From NCBI GenBank assembly GCA_002309335.1, contig DBXH01000007.1, positions 4,974-68,973 of the forward strand: a stretch of 64,000 nucleotides of DNA, in the 5' to 3' direction. Shown here one piece after another: positions 55,002-64,000 of this stretch. The translations under genes and the position numbers were made by a program. The notes under the pieces were generated by a model. That model made no database searches. It was not told the origin of the DNA and was given only the letters and a program-made list of their open reading frames with translations. Positions within the stretch are counted from its first letter, which is position 1. The number at the start of each line of letters is the position of its first letter. Source of the stretch: Bacteroidales bacterium UBA1217. Lineage in GTDB: Bacteria > Bacteroidota > Bacteroidia > Bacteroidales > P3.

Positions 55002-55086
55002 TGGTGCGGATGGGGGGACTCGAACCCCCACTCCGGGAGGAATTAGATCCTAAGTCTAACGCGGCTACCAATTACGCCACATCCGC
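55002..55086 (-). tRNA. tRNA-Leu (anticodon TAG), class II with a long variable arm; CCA apparently encoded
   Basis: Reverse complement GCGGATGTGGCGTAATTGGTAGCCGCGTTAGACTTAGGATCTAATTCCTCCCGGAGTGGGGGTTCGAGTCCCCCCATCCGCACCA. Confidence 0.9.
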
Positions 55087-55139
55087 ATTCTTTTCATTCT
55101 CTTTATGTTATGGCTTTTTGTCTTTTGTGAAAGCGATTG

Positions 55140-55170
55140 CAAAGGTATGAATTTTTGTGAATACGGCAAA
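55140..55170 (-). promoter_or_regulatory. Promoter of tRNA-Leu (TTTG-N19-TACCTTTG)
   Basis: CAAAGGTA at 55140-55147 and CAAA at 55167-55170 on the plus strand. Confidence 0.65.
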
Positions 55171-55390
55171 ATAAAAATGATTTTTGATCATATTTGTTGC
55201 CTCACAGTCGCTCTCTTAACAATTTTTAACTATTATTGCAAACGATTAAGTTTCACTCCTTTGTGAATATAATTTGTTTCTATTTGTGTAATCTTTATAA
55301 TTCTTTTTGTAATTTATACTTGACATTTGTAAAGTTTTCATTACTTTTGCATCGTCAATTGAAAAAAGAGTGCGCACCTCTTTTGTATAG

Positions 55391-55454
55391 TACTTAACCC
55401 TTTAAACCCTTTAAACCCTTTTTATCCTTTTTAAACTTTTAAACTTTTAATCTT
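55391..55454 (+). repeat. G-free 64-nt leader made of CCCTTTAAA-type repeats, directly abutting an ATG
   Basis: tacttaaccctttaaaccctttaaaccctttttatcctttttaaacttttaaacttttaatctt-ATG. No G between 55391 and 55456. Confidence 0.85.
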
Positions 55455-55943
55455 ATGAAAACAACAAGAATGTTATTGCCGCGAGGCTTCAAATGTGCCG
55501 GCTGGTGGATTCTGGCAGCAGGCGCTGTATTAGGAATCCTTTATTGCATTATTCCCGATTCTATGTCGGTATCCATCAATGATATCCGTGAATTGTTTGG
55601 CGCAGGACGCATCGAAACGAAGGCTGATTTTCTAGGACATTTCTCAGCCGACAGCGACCTTATGATGACCTTAATCGGTCTTTTTATGGTTGTTGGCGGC
55701 GTATTTGTGGGTTTTTCTCGCAACAAAGAAGACGATGAGTTTATAGAGCAGATACGTTATGAGTCGCTGCTGCTTTCGATCTATGTGAACAGCATAGCGC
55801 TGGTTGTCTGTCTGCTATTTGTGTGGGGTCTGTCGTTCGTTGCGGTTATGTTCTGCAGTCTCTTCTCGGTGCTTTGTATTTTCATCATCTGCTTCTATAT
55901 CCGTGTTCTGTTCAACAAAAAAACGATGCGAAATGAAGAATAA
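55455..55943 (+). CDS. Small integral membrane protein (about 4 TM helices)
   Basis: 162 aa with four hydrophobic segments. Overlaps the downstream HTH gene by 11 nt. Confidence 0.6.
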   Translation: MKTTRMLLPRGFKCAGWWILAAGAVLGILYCIIPDSMSVSINDIRELFGAGRIETKADFLGHFSADSDLMMTLIGLFMVVGGVFVGFSRNKEDDEFIEQIRYESLLLSIYVNSIALVVCLLFVWGLSFVAVMFCSLFSVLCIFIICFYIRVLFNKKTMRNEE

Positions 55944-56133
55944 ACTTAAAGTGGCCCGCGCCGAAATGGACCTCACTCAAGGCGAACTGGCGGAGAAAAT
56001 CGGCGTTACCCGTCAAGCGGTAAACTCTATTGAACTGGGCAAGTATGTTCCGTCGACTGTTTTGGCCCTTAAAATGGCGAAGCTGTTCGGGAAGCCGGTC
56101 GAGGAATTGTTTATGCTGGAAGATGCAGATTGA
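55933..56133 (+). CDS. XRE-family helix-turn-helix transcriptional regulator (66 aa)
   Basis: MKNKLKVARAEMDLTQGELAEKIGVTRQAVNSIELGKYVPSTVLALKMAKLFGKPVEELF is a typical HTH_3 sequence. The start is the internal ATG of track ORF 55804-56133. Confidence 0.85.
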   Translation: MKNKLKVARAEMDLTQGELAEKIGVTRQAVNSIELGKYVPSTVLALKMAKLFGKPVEELFMLEDAD

Positions 56134-56210
56134 TGCAATTCTGAAACAGGTGACACAATAAAACATCCGTTTTTGAGTTATCTATAAACTATTTTGCTCA
56201 AAAACGGACG

Positions 56211-57485
56211 ATGAAACAACATCTGAACATACTTTTCTTGATACTGATGATGGTGGCGGTGCCTACGGCACGCGCCACCTATCTGCTTGTGCCGATGGAT
56301 GAAACGCAGCGCAACCACTTGAAAGCATACGGTATGGCCTATTATGCGTTGGAGCGCGATGTGGAGGTAACCTGGTTGCTCAACTACCGAGGCGGCGCCT
56401 TTATGATGAAGTATGCCGACGCCATTGAGCGTGAAGCACGGCTGAGGGGTGTGAGCGTCGAGGCTATTGCCGACGGCCAGTCGACGGCAATCCTGTCGGA
56501 AATAGCCGACGCGTCGGTGAATATGGATGCCGTAAAGCTACAGAAAGCGCCCAAAATTGCCGTTTATTCACCCAAAAGCAAACTTCCGTGGGACGACGCC
56601 GTTACACTGGTGATGACTTACGCCGAGATACCATACGATGTAATTTACGACGAGGAAGTCGTTGCCGGAGTACTTCCAAAATACGATTGGCTGCACCTGC
56701 ACCACGAGGACTTCACAGGTCAGTACGGCAAGTTCTGGGGCAACTACCGCAATGCGCAGTGGTACATTGAGGATGTCCGCGACCAAGAGGCTCGTGCTCA
56801 TAAATTGGGTTACTCAAAGGTGTCGCAACTCAAACTGGCTGTGTGTCACAAGATTCGCGACTTTGTTATGGGCGGCGGTTTCCTTTTTGCAATGTGCTCG
56901 GCTCCTGACAGCTATGACGTGGCTCTGGCCGCCGAAAATGTGGACATCTGCGACGTGATGTTCGACGGCGACCCGATGCAGCCCAACGCCCAGCAGTTGC
57001 TGGACTTCTCAAAGTGTTTTGCCTTCAAGGATTTCCGCATCAGCACCAATCCTTCGGAATACGAGATTTCAACCATTGACATCGACGACCGCATACGTCA
57101 ACGCCAAATTAACGAGAAGAATGACTTTTTCACACTATTCGAGTTCTCCGCCAAATGGGACTGGGTGCCGACAATGCTGACGCAGAATCATACTCGCATC
57201 ATTCACGGCTTTATGGGACAGACGACTGCGTTTCGCCGCGAGACGGTGAAGAGCAGCGCGTTGATACTGGCTGAGAACAAAGAGCTGGGTGAGGTGCGCT
57301 ACCTGCACGGCGAATATGGCAAAGGAACGTGGACATTCCTAGGAGGCCACGACCCTGAGGACTATCGTCACTTTGTGGGCGACCCACCGACCGACTTGTC
57401 GCTCTATCCAAACTCACCCGGTTACCGTCTGATACTGAATAACATTCTTTTCCCAGCAGCAAAAAAAGAAAAACACAAGACCTGA
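56211..57485 (+). CDS. Conserved secreted protein of unknown function (central region possibly class-I glutamine-amidotransferase-like)
   Basis: Signal peptide. KIAVYSP...WLHLHHEDFTG...GGGFLFAMCSAPD resembles a nucleophile-elbow Cys context. This is inference only. Confidence 0.5.
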   Translation: MKQHLNILFLILMMVAVPTARATYLLVPMDETQRNHLKAYGMAYYALERDVEVTWLLNYRGGAFMMKYADAIEREARLRGVSVEAIADGQSTAILSEIADASVNMDAVKLQKAPKIAVYSPKSKLPWDDAVTLVMTYAEIPYDVIYDEEVVAGVLPKYDWLHLHHEDFTGQYGKFWGNYRNAQWYIEDVRDQEARAHKLGYSKVSQLKLAVCHKIRDFVMGGGFLFAMCSAPDSYDVALAAENVDICDVMFDGDPMQPNAQQLLDFSKCFAFKDFRISTNPSEYEISTIDIDDRIRQRQINEKNDFFTLFEFSAKWDWVPTMLTQNHTRIIHGFMGQTTAFRRETVKSSALILAENKELGEVRYLHGEYGKGTWTFLGGHDPEDYRHFVGDPPTDLSLYPNSPGYRLILNNILFPAAKKEKHKT

Positions 57486-58945
57486 TGAAGAAATATATTA
57501 TAACAACCATATTATTCACTTTGTTTTCCGTTTTCCGTTTTCCGTTCTCCGTTGTCAATGCGCAGAACTGGACGGTGTTCAATATGCAAAACTCCGAGCT
57601 TGGCAACTCGGTGCTGGCTATGACGTCGGACAAAAAGAACAACAAGTGGTTTGGTACTGACTTGGGAATGGCGCGACTGGCTGGAAAGACTTGGACTGAC
57701 TTCTCGATGTTCAATGAGAAGCTGAAAGGGCAGTATGTCAACTGTTTGACTGTAGATGCCAACAATATGCTATGGATAGGCACCGACGACTATGGTGTTA
57801 TTGAGTTTGACGGCTCGCACTGGACGGAGCACAAGAACGAGATGAAGCGGCTTCAAATGAAGTTTATATCGAAGATTGCCATCGACCGCAACGATGTGAA
57901 GTGGATTGGTGTGACGTTGGGTGGCTTGGTGCGCTACGACGGTAGGGAATGGACCAAATTAACCTCGAACGACTCGGAACTGCTGAGCGACTTCATTCTG
58001 TGTGTTGCCATTGACCGACGCAACCGCAAATGGATAGGCACCAACGATGGTTTGTCGGTCTACGACGATCGTCAATGGACCTCATATACAAAGAACAATT
58101 CCAAGTTGCCCGACAATATAGTGCCGGCAATTATTATTGACAAAGAAGATGTTAAATGGATAGCCACGCTTAGCGGCCTGGTCCGTTATGACGGTAGCAA
58201 TTGGAAGATTTACAACACGGACAACAGCCCTCTGCCGTGCAATCAAATCAACGACCTGGCTTTTGACCCTTCGGGGGCGATATGGATGGTGACAGACAAA
58301 GGAGCCGCGCTATTCGACGGAAAAGATAAATGGCACATATACAGACCGAAAGAGACTGTATTGCCAAAGGATGTGTTGCGAAGGGTGATGGTCGATGGTC
58401 AAGGTTCGAAATGGTTTGGCAGCAGTTTGCAAGGACTTGTCCGGTTCAGCGCCCAGCCGGTTATGGGTCGCGTGATTGACGACAAGGGCAACCCGGTATC
58501 TGGCCTGACCATAAACTGCTCGGGCGTTGAGACTCAGACAGATGCCAACGGCGAGTACTACCTTGAAATACCGACCAACGCCACGATGACCATACGTCCG
58601 CAGGACGAGAGCCGCACCTTTGAACCAGAGAGCCGCAAGCTGACCACCGTTACCGGTGCGCTGTTCGGACAGGACTTTGTGGCCTCGTCTGGTATGGTGG
58701 CCGAAGGAACATCGACCGAGAAGGTAGTGGTAAACCCCTATCTTGAACAGGGATACATAACGATAACGATGGAAAGTCCCGTGGCCGAGGTTGAATTCGT
58801 CAATGCCAAAGGCGAAAGTATCCGCACCATACCCCAATACAAAAATGAGGCACGGATAACAATAAGCCGTATGCCAAAGAGCAACTACACGCTGTTTATC
58901 CGTACGGCAAAGGGTGAGAAGAAATTGATGTTCAATCTAAAATGA
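57485..58945 (+). CDS. Secreted beta-propeller protein (two-component-regulator-propeller/Reg_prop repeats) with a carboxypeptidase-regulatory-like domain and a probable T9SS CTD
   Basis: Repeats WIGTDDYGVIEFDGSHWTEH, WIGVTLGGLVRYDGREWTKL, WIGTNDGLSVYDDRQWTSY and WIATLSGLVRYDGSNWKIY. Then GRVIDDKGNPVSGLTINC. The C-terminus is ITITMESPVAEVEFVNAKGESIRT...YTLFIRTAKGEKKLMFNLK. The start overlaps the upstream stop (TGATG). Confidence 0.8.
   Translation: MKKYIITTILFTLFSVFRFPFSVVNAQNWTVFNMQNSELGNSVLAMTSDKKNNKWFGTDLGMARLAGKTWTDFSMFNEKLKGQYVNCLTVDANNMLWIGTDDYGVIEFDGSHWTEHKNEMKRLQMKFISKIAIDRNDVKWIGVTLGGLVRYDGREWTKLTSNDSELLSDFILCVAIDRRNRKWIGTNDGLSVYDDRQWTSYTKNNSKLPDNIVPAIIIDKEDVKWIATLSGLVRYDGSNWKIYNTDNSPLPCNQINDLAFDPSGAIWMVTDKGAALFDGKDKWHIYRPKETVLPKDVLRRVMVDGQGSKWFGSSLQGLVRFSAQPVMGRVIDDKGNPVSGLTINCSGVETQTDANGEYYLEIPTNATMTIRPQDESRTFEPESRKLTTVTGALFGQDFVASSGMVAEGTSTEKVVVNPYLEQGYITITMESPVAEVEFVNAKGESIRTIPQYKNEARITISRMPKSNYTLFIRTAKGEKKLMFNLK
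57523..57557 (+). repeat. Heptamer array gttttcc x3, gttctcc, gttgtca inside the signal-peptide coding region
   Basis: Read directly. Here it is translated in the other sense, as FSVFRFPFSVV. Confidence 0.9.
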
Positions 58946-58975
58946 AAAAAGCCGCTCAATGAGCGGCTAAAAATT
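58945..58975 (-). terminator. Terminator (best for the minus-strand lipoprotein gene, possibly bidirectional)
   Basis: AGCCGCTC-aat-GAGCGGCT. A T6 run follows on the minus strand. Confidence 0.75.
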
Positions 58976-58991
58976 TACGAATAGCTTTTGA

Positions 58992-59225
58992 TTAGAAAGT
59001 GCCGGAGCAGTCGGTACCAGCTTTAACACCGGCAATTTCAACTACATTATTGAAATCTTTGCACTTCTTGTAGTCTGTGCCGAACGATTTGTTCAATTCG
59101 TCAATTGTGTACTCGTTTTCAGTTGAGACACCAGCAACAAAAACCTTGCAATCACATTTTTTTGTGCAGCTGCTGAAGCAAGCTACTGTTGCGATAACGG
59201 CTAAAGCCAAAAGTACTTTTTTCAT
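58992..59225 (-). CDS. Small Cys-rich lipoprotein (77 aa)
   Basis: Lipobox CFSSCTKK, with six further Cys residues. Confidence 0.6.
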   Translation of the reverse strand: MKKVLLALAVIATVACFSSCTKKCDCKVFVAGVSTENEYTIDELNKSFGTDYKKCKDFNNVVEIAGVKAGTDCSGTF

Positions 59226-59404
59226 TTTAATTTGTTTTTAATGTGATAATTATGCCTACTCTGTATGGTTTTCGGCGTCCCCATTTAATAGTGCAAAATT
59301 AGCAAAAAAATCCAAATACAGCAAAAAAATGTAATAATTTGGAAAAAATATGTAATTTTGCGAATCAAAAAACGAGTCAGTTAAGATTGTAAATAATTAG
59401 AAAT

Positions 59405-61492
59405 ATGAAGAATATATTCAAATCATTAGTCTTGATGTTATGTTTGATTCCGTTTGTGTCGGCATTTGCCCAAGTCAATCCAGCACATTGGAAATTTAAC
59501 GTCAAGGAATTGTCGGCCACCGAGGTCGAGTTGCAGTTCCAGTTGAAGCTCGACAACGGATGGCATATCTATTCGCAGAAATCAGATCCCAACGGTCCTA
59601 TTCCGTCAGAATATACATTTGAGGATAATGCCAACTATAAGCGTATTGGCGGTGTGGTGGAGCCTAAGCCGCACGAGGAAATGGACGATATATTCAAATG
59701 CATTGTTCGTTCATTCAGCGGCAATGTAACTTTCCGTCAAAAGATTAAGCGCAACACCGACAAGGCTTTTGAGGTTAAAGGCTCGATGTACTACCAGCTT
59801 TGCAACGATGGCAGCTGCATTGCCCCCGACGATGTGCCTTTTACGTTCAAAGTGCCGGCAGCAACAATGACTGCTGAGGTTCAAGAGGAGGCCGAAACTG
59901 CTAATATTGATAGTACTATTAATGATACTGACACTGCCGTTGACACAGTAGCACCTGCAGACGAGGCCACCCTGCAGGCCACTAATGACGACGCCGACGG
60001 TGATGAAGAAAACAACTCGATTTTGGGTCTCTTTTTCGGTGCACTGCTTGCTGGAATAATAACGATGTTCACGCCTTGCGTGTTCCCGATGATACCTATG
60101 ACCGTCAACTTCTTTATGCACAGCAGCGACAACAAGCGCAAAAATCGCCGCCAGGCTTGGTTCTTCGGCTTTTCTATAGTGTTTATCTTTGCCGTCATCG
60201 GAGGCCTGCTGTCGCTGTTCTTCGGTCCAACTGCTCTCAACTTTATAGGCACACACGGCATTCCTAACCTGATATTCTTTGTAATCTTCTTCGTTTTCGC
60301 CCTCTCGTTCTTCGGTCTCTTTGAGATAAAAATGCCCGAGAAGTGGGTCAATGCTAGCGATGCGCAAGCCGACAAGGGCGGTCTGCTGGCACCGTTCTTT
60401 ATTGCGCTGACCACTGTGCTGGTCTCCTTCTCCTGCACGGGTCCCATCATCGGTGCAGCCCTTGTCGAGTTCACCACCTCCACCACCAACCGCTGGATCG
60501 GTTTGGTTTCAATGCTCGGTTTTGGCATTGGCTTCGCGCTGCCGTTCACCTTCCTGGCTTTCTTCCCGTCAATGCTCAAAAATATGAAGTCTGGAGGCTG
60601 GCTCAACACCGTCAAGATTGTCTTCGCTTTCCTCGAATTAGCCTTCGGTCTCAAATTCCTTTCGATGGCCGATCAGTACTGGACGTGGCGACTGCTCGAC
60701 CGTGAAGTCTATCTGGCATTGTGGATTGTAATTTTTGCAATGACAGGCTTCTACCTGCTCGGCAAGCTCAAGTTTAAAGGCGACGAAGAGGTGCAGCACA
60801 TCGGCGTCATACGTCTCTTCCTCTCCATAGCCTGCTTCAGCTTTGTGGTCTATATGATTCCCGGAATGTGGGGAGCACCGCTCAACGGCATCTCTGGCTT
60901 CCTGCCGCCGATGGACACACAGGATTTCAACCTCGAACGCTCAATCTATGAGTCTACCAAGAACGTCACCGTTGCCGGCACAACTGAGGAGAACACCGTA
61001 ATGTACGACGCTCTGCCCGCCAACCGCAAGTATGCCGACCGCCTGCATATGCCAAGCGGTTTTCAAGGCTTCTACGACATCGAAGAGGCCAAGGCTTACG
61101 CCAAAGAGCAGGGTAAGCCCATATTTATCGACTTTACAGGCCGCAACTGCAACAACTGCCGTGAGATGGAGCAATACGTATGGGCCGACCCTAATGCAAA
61201 GAAAATCTTGAATGAAGAGTACGTGATGTGCGCCCTCTACTGCGATATGAACGATATAGACCTTGCCGAAGAAGACTACGTTACCGACGACAAGGGTCGC
61301 GTGCTCAAGACCTTGGGACGCAAGAACCTCCATTTCCAGCGCAGCAAGTTCAACCAGATTGCCCAGCCATACTATGTCATCATCGATGCCGACGGCAATG
61401 TATTGACCAAGAACAACTATTCCTACTCGCGCGACGTCAACAAATTCGTCGAATTCCTGAAAGAAGGCGTGTCGAATTTCTCGAAAAAGTAA
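59405..61492 (+). CDS. dsbD: Thiol:disulfide interchange protein DsbD family (N-terminal domain, CcdA-like membrane core, C-terminal thioredoxin-like domain)
   Basis: TPCVFPMIPMTV and SCTGPIIG (the two membrane Cys motifs). C-terminal FTGRNCNNCREME (CxxC). Confidence 0.88.
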   Translation: MKNIFKSLVLMLCLIPFVSAFAQVNPAHWKFNVKELSATEVELQFQLKLDNGWHIYSQKSDPNGPIPSEYTFEDNANYKRIGGVVEPKPHEEMDDIFKCIVRSFSGNVTFRQKIKRNTDKAFEVKGSMYYQLCNDGSCIAPDDVPFTFKVPAATMTAEVQEEAETANIDSTINDTDTAVDTVAPADEATLQATNDDADGDEENNSILGLFFGALLAGIITMFTPCVFPMIPMTVNFFMHSSDNKRKNRRQAWFFGFSIVFIFAVIGGLLSLFFGPTALNFIGTHGIPNLIFFVIFFVFALSFFGLFEIKMPEKWVNASDAQADKGGLLAPFFIALTTVLVSFSCTGPIIGAALVEFTTSTTNRWIGLVSMLGFGIGFALPFTFLAFFPSMLKNMKSGGWLNTVKIVFAFLELAFGLKFLSMADQYWTWRLLDREVYLALWIVIFAMTGFYLLGKLKFKGDEEVQHIGVIRLFLSIACFSFVVYMIPGMWGAPLNGISGFLPPMDTQDFNLERSIYESTKNVTVAGTTEENTVMYDALPANRKYADRLHMPSGFQGFYDIEEAKAYAKEQGKPIFIDFTGRNCNNCREMEQYVWADPNAKKILNEEYVMCALYCDMNDIDLAEEDYVTDDKGRVLKTLGRKNLHFQRSKFNQIAQPYYVIIDADGNVLTKNNYSYSRDVNKFVEFLKEGVSNFSKK

Positions 61493-61557
61493 GAAAAAAC
61501 ACAGCAAAAGGCAATACTTTCCGTACAAAAACGGCATTTTGAGATAATATTTTTTAA

Positions 61558-61600
61558 GGCTCCGTTTCTCTGTAAATAAACAGTTTATAGAAACGGAGCC
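61558..61600 (+). terminator. Long hairpin downstream of dsbD
   Basis: GGCTCCGTTTCT ... AGAAACGGAGCC (12-bp stem). The T-tract is weak. Confidence 0.55.
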
Positions 61601-61620
61601 TAATATTTTACAAGAAAAAT

Positions 61621-61651
61621 TTTGTCGATTTGCAAAAAGTTAGTACTTTTG
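61621..61651 (+). promoter_or_regulatory. Promoter of tRNA-Met (TTTG-N19-TACTTTTG)
   Basis: TTTG at 61621-61624 and TACTTTTG at 61644-61651. Confidence 0.7.
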
Positions 61652-61672
61652 CAGTCTCAAAACAAGAAATAG

Positions 61673-63261
<1,589 letters not shown>

Positions 63262-63278
<17 letters not shown>

Positions 63279-63423
63279 AATACTTTTCCTCCTTGTATTT
63301 CTCTGTTATTATCTGTTGTTCTGCCATAATCTCCAATGTTCTCAAAATCTCTTTGACCTGTTCATCGTCGTAGGCACGTTTCCCTTTGTTCAAAATTTTC
63401 TTTGCTTTTGTCAAACTAATCAT
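63262..63423 (-). CDS. Small 53-aa ORF overlapping the recombinase start (possible recombination directionality or regulatory protein)
   Basis: Own translation: MISLTKAKKILNKGKRAYDDEQVKEILRTLEIMAEQQIITEKYKEEKYYGQND*. Below the track's length cut-off. Its 3' end overlaps the recombinase ATG by 17 nt. Confidence 0.4.
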
Positions 63424-63619
63424 AGCACCTTCAGTGCTAATGTCCGCATTGCTGCGGTTATTCGCTTTTCCACCTCTCCCCGACGATATGCCGTCAGTCG
63501 GGAGACTTCTGTTCGGTGTGGGTAAGCATCAACCCGTTTTCTTGCCTCGTTGTCTATGGGCTGTGATTATTCGTAGTCATATCACTAATATACAACATTT
63601 TTCGGATATCTGAAAAGAA

Positions 63620-64000
63620 TCACACAAAAATTTGCAATTTTCTCAACGTGTTCACGCTCGTACCCGTTAGTTTGCTGACATTTCGGAGGCTGTAAGACTT
63701 CTTCAATAACTTGATTTCCTCGGCATACTGGACTTTCATATCCTCATCACTCTTACGGTAGCCCTCTTTACGACCCACCTTGCCACCCTCGCTGCGGTAG
63801 TGGTTGTAACCGCTCTCCATGCGTGAGCGAATCAAGCCACGTTCCATAGAGTTGAACTGTGCCATGATACCGAGAACCAGTTGGGCAATCGGATTGACTG
63901 TGCCGTCTGGTTGCAAGGTCTCTAAACCGTTTTGGTGTATATACAGACTTACTTTCAGTTCGTTCAACTGTTCGACTATTGACAGAAAGTCCACGATACG
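63620..64000 (-). CDS. Small serine recombinase (resolvase/invertase), C-terminal part; the N-terminus lies beyond the right edge
   Basis: ...DFLSIVEQLNELKVSLYIHQNGLETL...IMAQFNSMERGLIRSRMESG...GGKVGRKEG..., then a C-terminal HTH (YSLRNVSKLTGTSVNTLRK). The track 'M' at 63994 is a GTG and the frame stays open to position 64000. Confidence 0.8.
   Translation of the reverse strand, partial: RIVDFLSIVEQLNELKVSLYIHQNGLETLQPDGTVNPIAQLVLGIMAQFNSMERGLIRSRMESGYNHYRSEGGKVGRKEGYRKSDEDMKVQYAEEIKLLKKSYSLRNVSKLTGTSVNTLRKLQIFV

Overview
This is a chromosomal segment from a Bacteroidota genome, probably Bacteroidales-like. Evidence: nine promoters with the exact architecture TTTG-N19/20-TAnnTTTG, almost no Shine-Dalgarno sites, a type IX secretion (T9SS) core operon, and many proteins with T9SS C-terminal sorting domains. 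Coding density is high and most genes are housekeeping: kdsC, miaB, mfd, mutS2, ribF, lspA, dsbD, rluD-like, fadD-like, and five tRNAs.

Main features:
- A cobalamin riboswitch (about 2040-2215, minus strand) drives a signal-peptide multi-repeat protein that runs off the left edge and is missing from the ORF track.
- A [FeFe]-hydrogenase-like Fe-S protein, a GHKL ATPase and a DRTGG protein form a trio (2730-5031).
- The operon porP-gldK-gldL-gldM-gldN-gldN' spans 9158-16202, and a PorX-type receiver-PglZ regulator lies at 27458-29035.
- An OmpR-type two-component operon (31337-32882) has upstream 11-bp-phased TTCTGGGT repeats that recur upstream of the T9SS operon.
- A TonB-dependent receptor/DUF4249 pair is present.
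- A small AT-rich islet (51.3-55.0 kb) sits next to tRNA-Leu.
- An integrated element starts at the 3' end of tRNA-Met (from about 61745) and carries a large serine recombinase and a resolvase.

Least expected sequence-level signals:
- A (GGAGAAC)n heptanucleotide array is inserted in frame into four unrelated genes, always in the same strand orientation.
- G-free (ACCCTTTAA)n-like leaders of 64-86 nt abut start codons at three loci.
- An iteron-like 11-bp repeat array lies upstream of mutS2.

I found no CRISPR array, no rRNA and no recognisable defence system. All functional calls come from motif recognition in the supplied translations, not from searches.
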